Shown piece after piece: positions 48,010 to 56,379 of a stretch of DNA of 64,000 nucleotides (positions within the stretch are counted from its first letter, which is position 1; each line of letters begins with the position of its first letter). The notes beneath the pieces are model-generated. The model had not been told where the DNA came from and did not search any database. It saw only the letters and a list, made by a program, of their open reading frames with translations. The stretch spans positions 2,048,001 to 2,112,000 of the forward strand of contig OZ244720.1 of NCBI GenBank assembly GCA_965219085.1. Reading direction: 5' to 3'. The translations under genes were made by a program, and so were the position numbers. Origin of the DNA: Dehalococcoidia bacterium (GTDB lineage: Bacteria > Chloroflexota > Dehalococcoidia > UBA2979).

Positions 48010-48831
48010 ATGGTCTCAAAGACATTTGAGCTGGTGAGCTACGAGAAGAACAACCGCATCGCGTGGATCACCATCAACAACGAGGAGCGGATGAACGCCC
48101 TCAGCACGGGCGTGCAGAACGGCCTCTACGACTCGTTCGACGAGGTCATCAACGACGACGACGTGCTCGTCGCTATCCTCACTGGGGCCGGTGGCCGCGC
48201 GTTCTGCGCCGGCGCCGACCTCAAGGAGATGACCGAGCGCGACCAGACGCAGGGGCAGGGCGCCGCGCAGGAGGCGAAGAGCGGCCTCAGCCACGCCACC
48301 AACTGCAAGAAGCCGATCATCGCGGCCATCGACGGCTTCGCGCTGGCCGGCGGCATGCAGCTCTCGGCGCGCTGCGACGTCCGCATCGCCACCGAGAAGT
48401 CGCGCTTCGGCATGCCGGAGCCGCTGCGCAGCCTGACGCCGATCAACACGATGGACACGCTCGAGATGGGCTTCGTGCCCCTCGGCGAGGCCATGTGGAT
48501 CATCCTCTCGGGTGCCCACATCACCGCGCAGCGCGCTCACGAGATCGGCTTCGTCCAGTGGCTGGCCGCGGACCGCGACGCCATGATGGCCGAGGCGGAA
48601 GAGCGGGCCGAAACGCTGAAGCTCTGCGCGCCGCTGGCGGTGCAGGCGCTGAAGAATGGCGTCCACCTCAACATGAACCCGCCGACGCCGCAGCCGGAGG
48701 GCGTTGCGTACCTCGACCACCTGCGGAACCTCAACTCGGAGCTGCAGGAGACGGTCGCCAACAGCGAGGACCGGATGGAGGGCCCGAAGGCCTTCGCCGA
48801 GAAGCGCGCCCCGAACTGGCTGGGCCGCTAA
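48010..48831 (+). CDS. Enoyl-CoA hydratase/isomerase family, copy 2
   Basis: Differs from copy 1 at 11 of 273 aa (manual count). Start set by alignment. Confidence 0.92.
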   Translation: MVSKTFELVSYEKNNRIAWITINNEERMNALSTGVQNGLYDSFDEVINDDDVLVAILTGAGGRAFCAGADLKEMTERDQTQGQGAAQEAKSGLSHATNCKKPIIAAIDGFALAGGMQLSARCDVRIATEKSRFGMPEPLRSLTPINTMDTLEMGFVPLGEAMWIILSGAHITAQRAHEIGFVQWLAADRDAMMAEAEERAETLKLCAPLAVQALKNGVHLNMNPPTPQPEGVAYLDHLRNLNSELQETVANSEDRMEGPKAFAEKRAPNWLGR

Positions 48832-48946
48832 GCCTCACGCGCACGGAACGGGCCGCCGACGAGCCTCGCGAGGCCGTCGGCGCGCTCCGTCGCAAGAACC
48901 GGGAGCCCTCGCAATCCGCGAGGGCTCTCGTGCGTCCGGGAAGGGG

Positions 48947-48974
48947 AGGCGCGGCCGGGGCTACGCCTCGGCGG
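48947..48974. repeat. 28-bp direct repeat, orphan copy of the EF-G2 gene end
   Basis: aggcgcggccggggctacgcctcggcgg, identical at 51015-51042. Confidence 0.95.
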
Positions 48975-49005
48975 TGCGTGGGCTACCGGTGCGTGTGTCT
49001 GTGGA

Positions 49006-49473
49006 CTATCGAAGGCACTGACCGCCCCCGGTCATGCTCACCGACGTGTGCTCGCTTAATCTGGCGAGGTGATCGGGGTTGAGGTACTGAAAGCTCTGAG
49101 GCGCCCGCTCGACCCCGAGCACGGACAGATCCATGCTGCGCGCGAATGGCTGGAAGCGCTGCAGGATGAGTGCCGTCCCAGCGGTCACGCCTTCCAAGTA
49201 ACCGAGCAGCGTTTCTCGTTCGATTCCGCCCTCAGGGCCGTGGTTACGCCATAGCTCCATCGGCGTGTCGCGAACTATCCCGGCTACCTCACATAGGCCC
49301 ACTAGCCTTCTGATCGGGCTGGTCGAGTAGAGTACAGCGTGGGTGATGTCCCGCCTGAAGTTGTGACGACGGAACTCCACGCGCTTTCTTCCGCTCGAGA
49401 CGAGATCGGCGTATTCGGGCCGAATCGAAAGAAGTACTACTGCTCCGACAGGTCGATGTGGGTTCTCAGCCAC
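49006..49473 (-). CDS. ASCH domain protein
   Basis: LLSIRPEYA..GRK.VEFR, YSTSP, APQSFQY. Confidence 0.88.
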   Translation of the reverse strand: MAENPHRPVGAVVLLSIRPEYADLVSSGRKRVEFRRHNFRRDITHAVLYSTSPIRRLVGLCEVAGIVRDTPMELWRNHGPEGGIERETLLGYLEGVTAGTALILQRFQPFARSMDLSVLGVERAPQSFQYLNPDHLARLSEHTSVSMTGGGQCLR

Positions 49474-50942
49474 TCCGCCCCCTCTCGTTGCGCCATCATG
49501 ATGGACTGCGGGGGCGACTGCCAGACACCTGCCTCCCTGAGTTCCGCATCGGTCGGTCCGGACTTCACCACGCGAGATTGCCGGAAGAGTATGGCAAGGA
49601 TCGGCCGTGCCCCTGAGTCAGTCATGCCTCTGATCTGATTCGGGGTGTATGCGGTTCGCTTCCCGAGATAGGCTGAAACCGTTTCTGGCGACTCTGACAC
49701 GAGCGTGCTCTCTGCGATTCCGATCACTCCGACGGAGCGTCGGTCGTGGGACCTGTAGAAGTAGAGAATTGCCCCGGGGCGGATGCTCCGGATGCCGCTC
49801 CTAGACAGGTACGCCTTCAGGATGCCGTTCCCTGCCGCAACAGAAGTTGCGAGCCCGGGAAGCTGCTGCTGATCGTCAGCCTCGGGAAACAGGAGTGTGT
49901 GATAGCGAGGTGCGATCGGTACGAGGAATCTGTCAACGTCCAGTCTGTAATGGAGCGGGCCGAACTCCAGGTGGTACGCCAGAGCATCCGCCGGATGTTG
50001 GTCCGCGCGCGGCCGTAGGGCCTTCAGCATCACGATCTCGCCCAGAGTCGTCCTCGTGTCGATTTGCCGGAATCCGAACTGCTCCAGGAAGGAGACCACA
50101 TTCTGATGCTTCGGGAGTGTGGTGACGTACGCGTATTCGTATGAGTTCTCGTACGCATAGGCGAATACCGACTTCAGGAGGAGCTCTCCGTATCGGAGCC
50201 CGGGAGAATCCGCCGCAACCTTGAATGTTGAAATCTTGAGCAACTTTGTATCCAGGGGGATTTCTTCACTCACGAGCTCGGCGGGATCTTCGTTGTCCTT
50301 CACGATGGCGAGCGCCGCCAGCGAACCGTTCCTGCGAAGCGTCCAGCACCGTCTGTGTTCGCGCTTGCACTTCCGTAGCCAGTCGTCGAACCCGGGGTAG
50401 TCTTCTCTCAAGGATTCGAATATCGGGTCGGTCTCGTTCAGCTCGTATGCGCTCGCATATCTGGGCAGGAGAGCGACATCTGGAGGTCTGGGCGCTCGCG
50501 CGCTGATCGCTGCTAGAGCGTCGTCAATAGGGACCACTCGCTCGCCGAGCTCTAGGCAGGACGCGGTCCGCAGGATCCCCCTGTCCTCGGTGACGAGGAT
50601 GTCCACTGCGTCGCCTACGACCGCGGCGAGCATGTGCTGGTCGACCCAATCGCTCGTACCACGCGCGGGCCGGCCTGCGCAATGAACTATCTCTGGTTGT
50701 ATGGCGGGCGGATCCTGCAGTTCGGGTATTACCGAGGCTGTGTTCTTCCGCCATTCCCGAACCTTGCGATCGCGCACGTTGTCGAAGTCCCACGCGAGCG
50801 AGGCGGGATGGCGGAATGTCGTGTGGCCGTGTTCGTTAGCAAGCCGCAGGAGCCGACGCGCCGCTTCTGACGAATACTCGTCGGCCTCACCGGTTACGGG
50901 GTAGGCAGCGATCATCACGTTAGAGTCCAGGAGGATCTTCAT
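49437..50942 (-). CDS. PIN - GNAT - EVE/PUA-like fusion protein
   Basis: PIN motifs LLDSN..D..VTED; GNAT SLREDYPGF..LKISTFKV..GELLL; C-terminal PI.P.YH..LFP..KAY..FYRS. Confidence 0.82.
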   Translation of the reverse strand: MKILLDSNVMIAAYPVTGEADEYSSEAARRLLRLANEHGHTTFRHPASLAWDFDNVRDRKVREWRKNTASVIPELQDPPAIQPEIVHCAGRPARGTSDWVDQHMLAAVVGDAVDILVTEDRGILRTASCLELGERVVPIDDALAAISARAPRPPDVALLPRYASAYELNETDPIFESLREDYPGFDDWLRKCKREHRRCWTLRRNGSLAALAIVKDNEDPAELVSEEIPLDTKLLKISTFKVAADSPGLRYGELLLKSVFAYAYENSYEYAYVTTLPKHQNVVSFLEQFGFRQIDTRTTLGEIVMLKALRPRADQHPADALAYHLEFGPLHYRLDVDRFLVPIAPRYHTLLFPEADDQQQLPGLATSVAAGNGILKAYLSRSGIRSIRPGAILYFYRSHDRRSVGVIGIAESTLVSESPETVSAYLGKRTAYTPNQIRGMTDSGARPILAILFRQSRVVKSGPTDAELREAGVWQSPPQSIMMAQREGAEWLRTHIDLSEQ

Positions 50943-51014
50943 AGTCGCGCTACGGCGCCCGCGCGTCGCTCCTCGCCAGAAGTCTGCTCAACGTGGAGGG
51001 GTGATCTCCGAACT

Positions 51015-51042
51015 AGGCGCGGCCGGGGCTACGCCTCGGCGG
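51015..51042. repeat. 28-bp direct repeat spanning the EF-G2 stop codon
   Basis: Identical to 48947-48974. Confidence 0.95.
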
Positions 51043-53083
51043 CGGCGATCGCCTCGAGCTGCTTCAGCACCTGGTCCTGCACGTGCGCCGGCACCTCGGC
51101 GTAGCGGTCCACCTCGACGGTGAACGTGCCGCGGCCGTTGGTCATTGCGCGCAGGTCGGGACCGTAGCGCTGGATCTCGGCCAGCGGCGCCTCCGCCTGG
51201 ATCAGGCTGGTCTCGCCCGCCGGCTCGACGCCGTGGACCTGGCCGCGACGGCCGTTCAGGTCGCCCATCACGTCGCCCACGCGGTCGCCGGGGACGCGGA
51301 TGTTCAGCTTCACGATCGGCTCCAGCAGGATCGGCCGCGCATCGAGGAAGCCCTGCCTCAGCGCCTGCGACGCCGCCAGCTTGAATGCCATCTCCGAGGA
51401 GTCCACGGAGTGCGATGACCCGTCCACCAGCGTCACCCGCATATCCACGATCGGCGAGTGGGCGAGCGGGCCGTCCGGCAACTGCTCGACGAGCCCCTTC
51501 TCGACCGCGGGGATGAACTGCTTCGGGACGTTCCCGCCCACGACCTTCTGCTCGAAGCTGAAGCCCGCGCCGCGCTCCATCGGCTCGATCTGGATGACGA
51601 CGTGGCCGTACTGGCCGTGGCCGCCGGTCTGCTTGCGGTGACGATACTCGGCGCTCGCCTTCGTCGTGACCGTCTCGCGGTACGCCACGAGGGGCACCGA
51701 GACGTCGACCTCGACGCTGTAGTTCGCCTCGAGGCGCGCCGCGGCGATGTTCGCCTGCGCGTCGCCGATCGTCGACAAGATCGTCTCGCCCGTGTCCTGC
51801 GTGCGCATGACCTCGATCGTCGGGTCCTGCTCCACGAGACGCTGCAACGCGGTCGAGAGCTTGTCGACGTCGGCCTTCGTGCGCGGGTGCAGCGCCGAGC
51901 GGAACGTCGCCTCCGGGAACGGCAGCGGGGGCGCCTCGACGGTCGAGTCGGCCGAGGCGACGAAGGTGTCGCCGGTCATCGTCGCGGCGAGCTTGGCAGC
52001 GACGCCGATGTCGCCGGCGACGAGCTCGGGCACCTCGATCTGGTCCTTGCCGCGCTGGAGGTAGAGGTGGCCCAGGCGCTCGGTGGTGCGGCGCTGGACG
52101 TTGTAGGGGTTCGAGGTCGGCGTGAGCGTGCCGCGCAGCACCTTCATGAACGTCAGCCGGCCGACGAACGGGTCGGCGGTCGTCTTGAAGACGTGCGCCA
52201 CCACGTCGCCCTCACCGGTGGTGAGCGAGCCCTCCGCGAGGTCGTGCTCGCGGCCGAGCGGCGAGGGCAGCAGCCGCGTGATCTCGTTCAGGAGCGGGCG
52301 CAGCCCCGCGCCCGTCACGCTGCAGACCGCGAGCACGGGCACGACGTCGCCGGAGGCCACGGCCGCGGCGAGCGCCTCGGCGACGCGCTCACCAGGCAAC
52401 TCCTCGCCCTCGAGGTAGAGCTCGAGCAGCTCGTCGTCGGTCTCCGCGATGGACTCGATCAGCTGCTCGCGTGCCGCCTCGATGGCGTCGGCGAGGTCGG
52501 CCGGGGCGTCGCCCGGCGTGCCGTCTGCGCCCATGCGGGCCTGCCCGCTGACGAGGTCGACGACGCCCTCGAAGGAGTCGCCGGCGCCGATCGGGATGGT
52601 GAGGGGCACGACGCCCATGCCGAAGCGGTCGCGCAGCGAGCCGAGCACTCGGTCGAAGTCGGCGAACTCGCGGTCCATGCGGGCGACGGCGACAAAGCGG
52701 GCGAGGGAGTTGGTGTCGGCCATCTCCCATGCGACCTCGGTGCCACCCTCGATGCCGGAGGCGGCGTCGACGGTGACGATGGCGGCGTCGGCGGCGGCGG
52801 CGCCGCTGACCATCTCGCCGACGAAGTCGACGTAGCCGGGGGTGTCGATGAGGTTGATGCGGTGGCCGTTCCACTCGACCGGGAGCATGGAGAGGGAGAT
52901 GGAGTAGGTGCGGCGGCGCTCTTCGTCGTCGAAGTCGGCGACGGTGTTGCCGTCCTCGACGCGGCCGAGGCGGTTGATGGCGCCGGAGGCGAAGAGCGCG
53001 GCCTCGCCCAGGATCGTCTTGCCCGACCCGCTATGTCCCATCAGGACGACGTTGCGGAGTTGGTCAGACGTGTAGGCGTTCAT
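51029..53083 (-). CDS. fusA2: Elongation factor G-like protein (EF-G2)
   Basis: GHSGSGKT, DTPG, divergent G2/G4 motifs (RTYSI, RMDR), KQTGGHGQYG, HSVDSSE. Confidence 0.9.
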   Translation of the reverse strand: MNAYTSDQLRNVVLMGHSGSGKTILGEAALFASGAINRLGRVEDGNTVADFDDEERRRTYSISLSMLPVEWNGHRINLIDTPGYVDFVGEMVSGAAAADAAIVTVDAASGIEGGTEVAWEMADTNSLARFVAVARMDREFADFDRVLGSLRDRFGMGVVPLTIPIGAGDSFEGVVDLVSGQARMGADGTPGDAPADLADAIEAAREQLIESIAETDDELLELYLEGEELPGERVAEALAAAVASGDVVPVLAVCSVTGAGLRPLLNEITRLLPSPLGREHDLAEGSLTTGEGDVVAHVFKTTADPFVGRLTFMKVLRGTLTPTSNPYNVQRRTTERLGHLYLQRGKDQIEVPELVAGDIGVAAKLAATMTGDTFVASADSTVEAPPLPFPEATFRSALHPRTKADVDKLSTALQRLVEQDPTIEVMRTQDTGETILSTIGDAQANIAAARLEANYSVEVDVSVPLVAYRETVTTKASAEYRHRKQTGGHGQYGHVVIQIEPMERGAGFSFEQKVVGGNVPKQFIPAVEKGLVEQLPDGPLAHSPIVDMRVTLVDGSSHSVDSSEMAFKLAASQALRQGFLDARPILLEPIVKLNIRVPGDRVGDVMGDLNGRRGQVHGVEPAGETSLIQAEAPLAEIQRYGPDLRAMTNGRGTFTVEVDRYAEVPAHVQDQVLKQLEAIAAAEA

Positions 53084-53226
53084 CGTGCGTGGCACCCCCG
53101 TGCGTGTGTTGGTGCGGGGGATAGTACCGCGTGGGGGGCGCGCGGGACTAGGCGGCGATCGAGCTGGGATGGCTCCGGTACGCTGACTGAGGGTTTGGCG
53201 GTACCATCGGCGCCCGTAAGCGGTAC

Positions 53227-53922
53227 TTGCGTCGGGCGGTTCACGTGGAGTGTGCGGTTGTTATTGGGGAACTGAGATTCGGAACTCCGATGAGGGCGTT
53301 TCAGGTCACACGGCGCTTTCATGAACTCTTCGCTGGCAAGCCTCCCGACGAGGAGCCTCCTATGGTGGAGCAGCGGATGGTGTTCAACGCTGCCGACGAC
53401 GGCATTCGCGTCATCATCCAGCCTTCTCTCGTAGCAGTGATTCGACAAGGCGAAATCGATGGTGCTGTAGACGCCATCATTGGTCGACTCGTGCGGGTGC
53501 AACGCGAGTTTGCCGATCTCGGGGTCGCTCGCGTTGGGGTGCGGTCCGCGTGGTTGCAAGCTGTCGAAGACGACAGTTGGGACGATCTGGTCGAACGCTT
53601 CCGGCGCGGATTCATTGCGCCCGGGCCGTCTTACGAGCGGGGCACGGACCTCAGCCTGGCCTTCTCGTCGCATGGGGAGGATCCTGGCTATCACGTGCAG
53701 TGCGGTCCGATGGATCGGGAGCAGCTTCATGACCAATTCCTCCCATTCCCGGAGAAGTACGAGTCGCCGGAACGTCTCCTCTTCGCCGATGTAGACTATT
53801 GGGTGAGCACCGTCTCACCGTTCAATCGGCGACGGGTTGTGGACGTGATGCGGGAGGCGCTAACCTTCGCGTCCGGCTTCGCTGACATCCTGAGCACGCA
53901 GTTCGATCGAAACAGCCAATGA
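53227..53922 (+). CDS. Hypothetical protein, TIGR04255-like
   Basis: Size and pattern (ELRF..RVGVR..DVDY) resemble this family; atypical base composition. Confidence 0.5.
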   Translation: MRRAVHVECAVVIGELRFGTPMRAFQVTRRFHELFAGKPPDEEPPMVEQRMVFNAADDGIRVIIQPSLVAVIRQGEIDGAVDAIIGRLVRVQREFADLGVARVGVRSAWLQAVEDDSWDDLVERFRRGFIAPGPSYERGTDLSLAFSSHGEDPGYHVQCGPMDREQLHDQFLPFPEKYESPERLLFADVDYWVSTVSPFNRRRVVDVMREALTFASGFADILSTQFDRNSQ

Positions 53923-54248
53923 CCGTCACAGCTTCGACCATCACTGTTGGCAAGGCGGGCAAGCGGCCGCTTCTGGACTTCGGCGCAGAGGACGAGTCCA
54001 GCCGCGCGGCCTTGCACTATGAAGCCTCGGTCCCCGCGGCTGCCTCGTTACGCGGTACGCGACTCTCGGCTGCGCGCTGGTTGATGAACATTTTTGCCGG
54101 CGGGCTGATAATCTCGGTGTTCTCAGCAGTCGGCTTCGAGATAGCCGGGTCGGATGACGGCGTGTTCATCTCGGCATTGGCATCGGGTGGGTTCTTGTCC
54201 CTCACGGCCACGGCTGCGCTCCGCTGGTTCTCGCGAGGACGCCTCTAG
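53919..54248 (+). CDS. Hypothetical two-TM membrane protein
   Basis: ATGA overlap with the upstream gene; two hydrophobic helices. Confidence 0.55.
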   Translation: MTVTASTITVGKAGKRPLLDFGAEDESSRAALHYEASVPAAASLRGTRLSAARWLMNIFAGGLIISVFSAVGFEIAGSDDGVFISALASGGFLSLTATAALRWFSRGRL

Positions 54249-54261
54249 AAGTTGCGAAGTG

Positions 54262-54465
54262 TCATGGTTCGCGGTCGTCCGCTGTCACGACGATGAAGGT
54301 CATGCAGACTAGGATGAACACAACCAAAACTAGCACTGGAGCGAAGTTCTCGACCCTCGGATTGGGGTCGATCGGGAGCTTGAGTACGGCGAACACGACT
54401 CCGCACGTCCCGACCACGTTAACTACAGATATGGGCCGCCAGCCAGCCTGAACCAGTGCCTTCAC
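54262..54465 (-). CDS. Small hypothetical two-TM membrane protein
   Basis: Two strongly hydrophobic stretches in 67 aa. Confidence 0.45.
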   Translation of the reverse strand: MKALVQAGWRPISVVNVVGTCGVVFAVLKLPIDPNPRVENFAPVLVLVVFILVCMTFIVVTADDREP

Positions 54466-54530
54466 TAAGTCCGTGAGCGCTTCCAGGGTGGCCCTTCATC
54501 CATCATTGCAGCACTATCCTTGTACACAGT

Positions 54531-56276
54531 TCACCCCGCCGCCCGCAAGTCCAACACCTCCAGCTGCAACGTCCCCCGCATCCCGTCTCGCCGGAACCGG
54601 TACACGATGTCTGCGAGGTCGCCGTCCGGCACCGCGTTGGAGGCCCCCTCGCGTCCGCGAGGATCCCGGCCAAGGAGTCCGAACGCGATCGCGCGCCACG
54701 TCACGCGGCCCTCGCGCAGTGTGAACTGGAGGTGCGAGCCGTCCTGGCCGACGGCGCGTGAGTTCTCGATGCGCACGCCGCGGGCGAGGAACGTCGGGAC
54801 GGGGTTGCCCTGACCGTGCGGGCCGAGGCGGTGCAGCCAGCGCAGCAACTCGCCGTTGACCGCGTGCAGCGGCAGTTCGGCCTCGATGTCGAGTGTCGGG
54901 GTGAGGTCGTCGGGGGTGAGGCGCGTGGCGGCGTCGGCGACGAGGCGCTCCCGTAGCTCGGGCAGGCGCGACGCGTCGATGCTGAAGCCGGCGGCGGCGC
55001 GGTGGCCGCCGTAGCGCAGGAAGAGGTCGCCGTGGCGGCGCAGCAGCGCCGTGATGTCGAACGTCTCGATCGAGCGGCACGAGCCGCGGCCCTCGCCGTC
55101 GGCGATCTGCATGGCGATCGCCGGCCGGTGGTGCGCCTCGACGAGCCGTCCGGCGACGAGCCCGACGATCCCCGACGAGATCGCCTCGCTCGCGACGATG
55201 AGCAGCGGGTCTTCGCGATGCTTGGGCGTGAGCAGCTCATCGGCGAGGGCGAGCGCGTCCAGGGTGTCCTGGCGGCGCTGGCGGTTGAGCGCGTCGAGCC
55301 TGCCGGCGAGGCGCGCGGCCTCGGCATCGGAGTCCGTGAGCAGCAGCTGGAGCGCGGTGTTGGCGTGCTCCATGCGGCCCGCGGCGTTGATGCGCGGGCC
55401 GAGCGTCCAGCCGCACAGCTCCGGGTCGGCGTCGGCGAGGTCGACCCTCGAGGCCTCGGCGAGCGCACGTAACCCCGGCCGCTGCGAGCGCGCGAGCGCG
55501 TCGAGGCCGATGCGTACAAGGTCGCGGTTCTCGCCCACGAGCGGTGCGAGGTCGCAGACGGTGCCGAGCGCGACGAGCGCGCGGTGCTCGGACGGGTCGT
55601 AGTCGCGTCCGAGGCGCGCGTAGAGGTCGTGCGCGACCTTGTGCGCGACGCCGCAGGCGGCGGGTTCCGAGCCGTACTGCGAGTCGGTGAGCTTCGGGTT
55701 GACGAGCGCGAGCGCGTCCGGGAGGGCGTCGGGCACGGTGTGGTGGTCGATGATGATCACGTCCATGCCGAGCTCGTTCGCCAGGTCCACCTCGGCGACC
55801 GCCGAGGTGCCGCAGTCCGCCGTCACGAACACGCTCGCGCCGCGTGCGTGGAGCGCGCGCACGGCGCCAGGGTTCGGGCCGTAGCCCTCGGCGAAGCGGT
55901 CGGGGATGTACGGCAGGGCGTGCGCGCCGAGGTCGTCGAGGGCCTCGGTGAGGATCGTGGTCGCGGTGATGCCGTCGACGTCGAAGTCGCCGAAGACGGC
56001 GACGGTCTCCCCCTCGGTGCACGCGCGCTCGAGCCGGTCGACGGCCACGTCGAGGTTCGGCATGAGCGCGGGATCGGTCAGCTCGCCGGGCTTACCGAGG
56101 TGGTGTGACGCCTCGGCGACGTTGCGCACGCCGCGCCGCGCCAGCAGCAGCGAGATCAGCAGCGGCCAGCTCGCCCCCGTGAACGCGTCGAGGTCGGGTG
56201 GGGCGGCGAGTCGCCACAGGCGCCCGCCGGAGCCTTCGAGCACGCGACCGGCAGGGTATCCCTGCGTCCCGGGCAC
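54531..56276 (-). CDS. recJ: Single-stranded DNA exonuclease RecJ
   Basis: GDFDVDG, EGYG, DCG, DHH, PRINAAGR, GSCRS, GGH..AAG. Confidence 0.95.
   Translation of the reverse strand: MPGTQGYPAGRVLEGSGGRLWRLAAPPDLDAFTGASWPLLISLLLARRGVRNVAEASHHLGKPGELTDPALMPNLDVAVDRLERACTEGETVAVFGDFDVDGITATTILTEALDDLGAHALPYIPDRFAEGYGPNPGAVRALHARGASVFVTADCGTSAVAEVDLANELGMDVIIIDHHTVPDALPDALALVNPKLTDSQYGSEPAACGVAHKVAHDLYARLGRDYDPSEHRALVALGTVCDLAPLVGENRDLVRIGLDALARSQRPGLRALAEASRVDLADADPELCGWTLGPRINAAGRMEHANTALQLLLTDSDAEAARLAGRLDALNRQRRQDTLDALALADELLTPKHREDPLLIVASEAISSGIVGLVAGRLVEAHHRPAIAMQIADGEGRGSCRSIETFDITALLRRHGDLFLRYGGHRAAAGFSIDASRLPELRERLVADAATRLTPDDLTPTLDIEAELPLHAVNGELLRWLHRLGPHGQGNPVPTFLARGVRIENSRAVGQDGSHLQFTLREGRVTWRAIAFGLLGRDPRGREGASNAVPDGDLADIVYRFRRDGMRGTLQLEVLDLRAAG
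56246..56273 (-). repeat. Single variant copy of the hairpin repeat (GCAGGG-ATA-CCCTGC) at the recJ 5' end
   Basis: Reverse complement cccgggacgcagggataccctgccggtc versus cccgggacgcggggataccccgcaggtc at 21646-21673. Confidence 0.8.
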
Positions 56277-56379
56277 ACCGGCCGAATCCGCGCGTGCGCG
56301 CTGGAGGGTGGTGGATCCGCTGACGGGGGGAGCAGCGCCGGGGTCCTGCGGGTCTGGCCCGCCGTGGAAGGTGCTCGCG

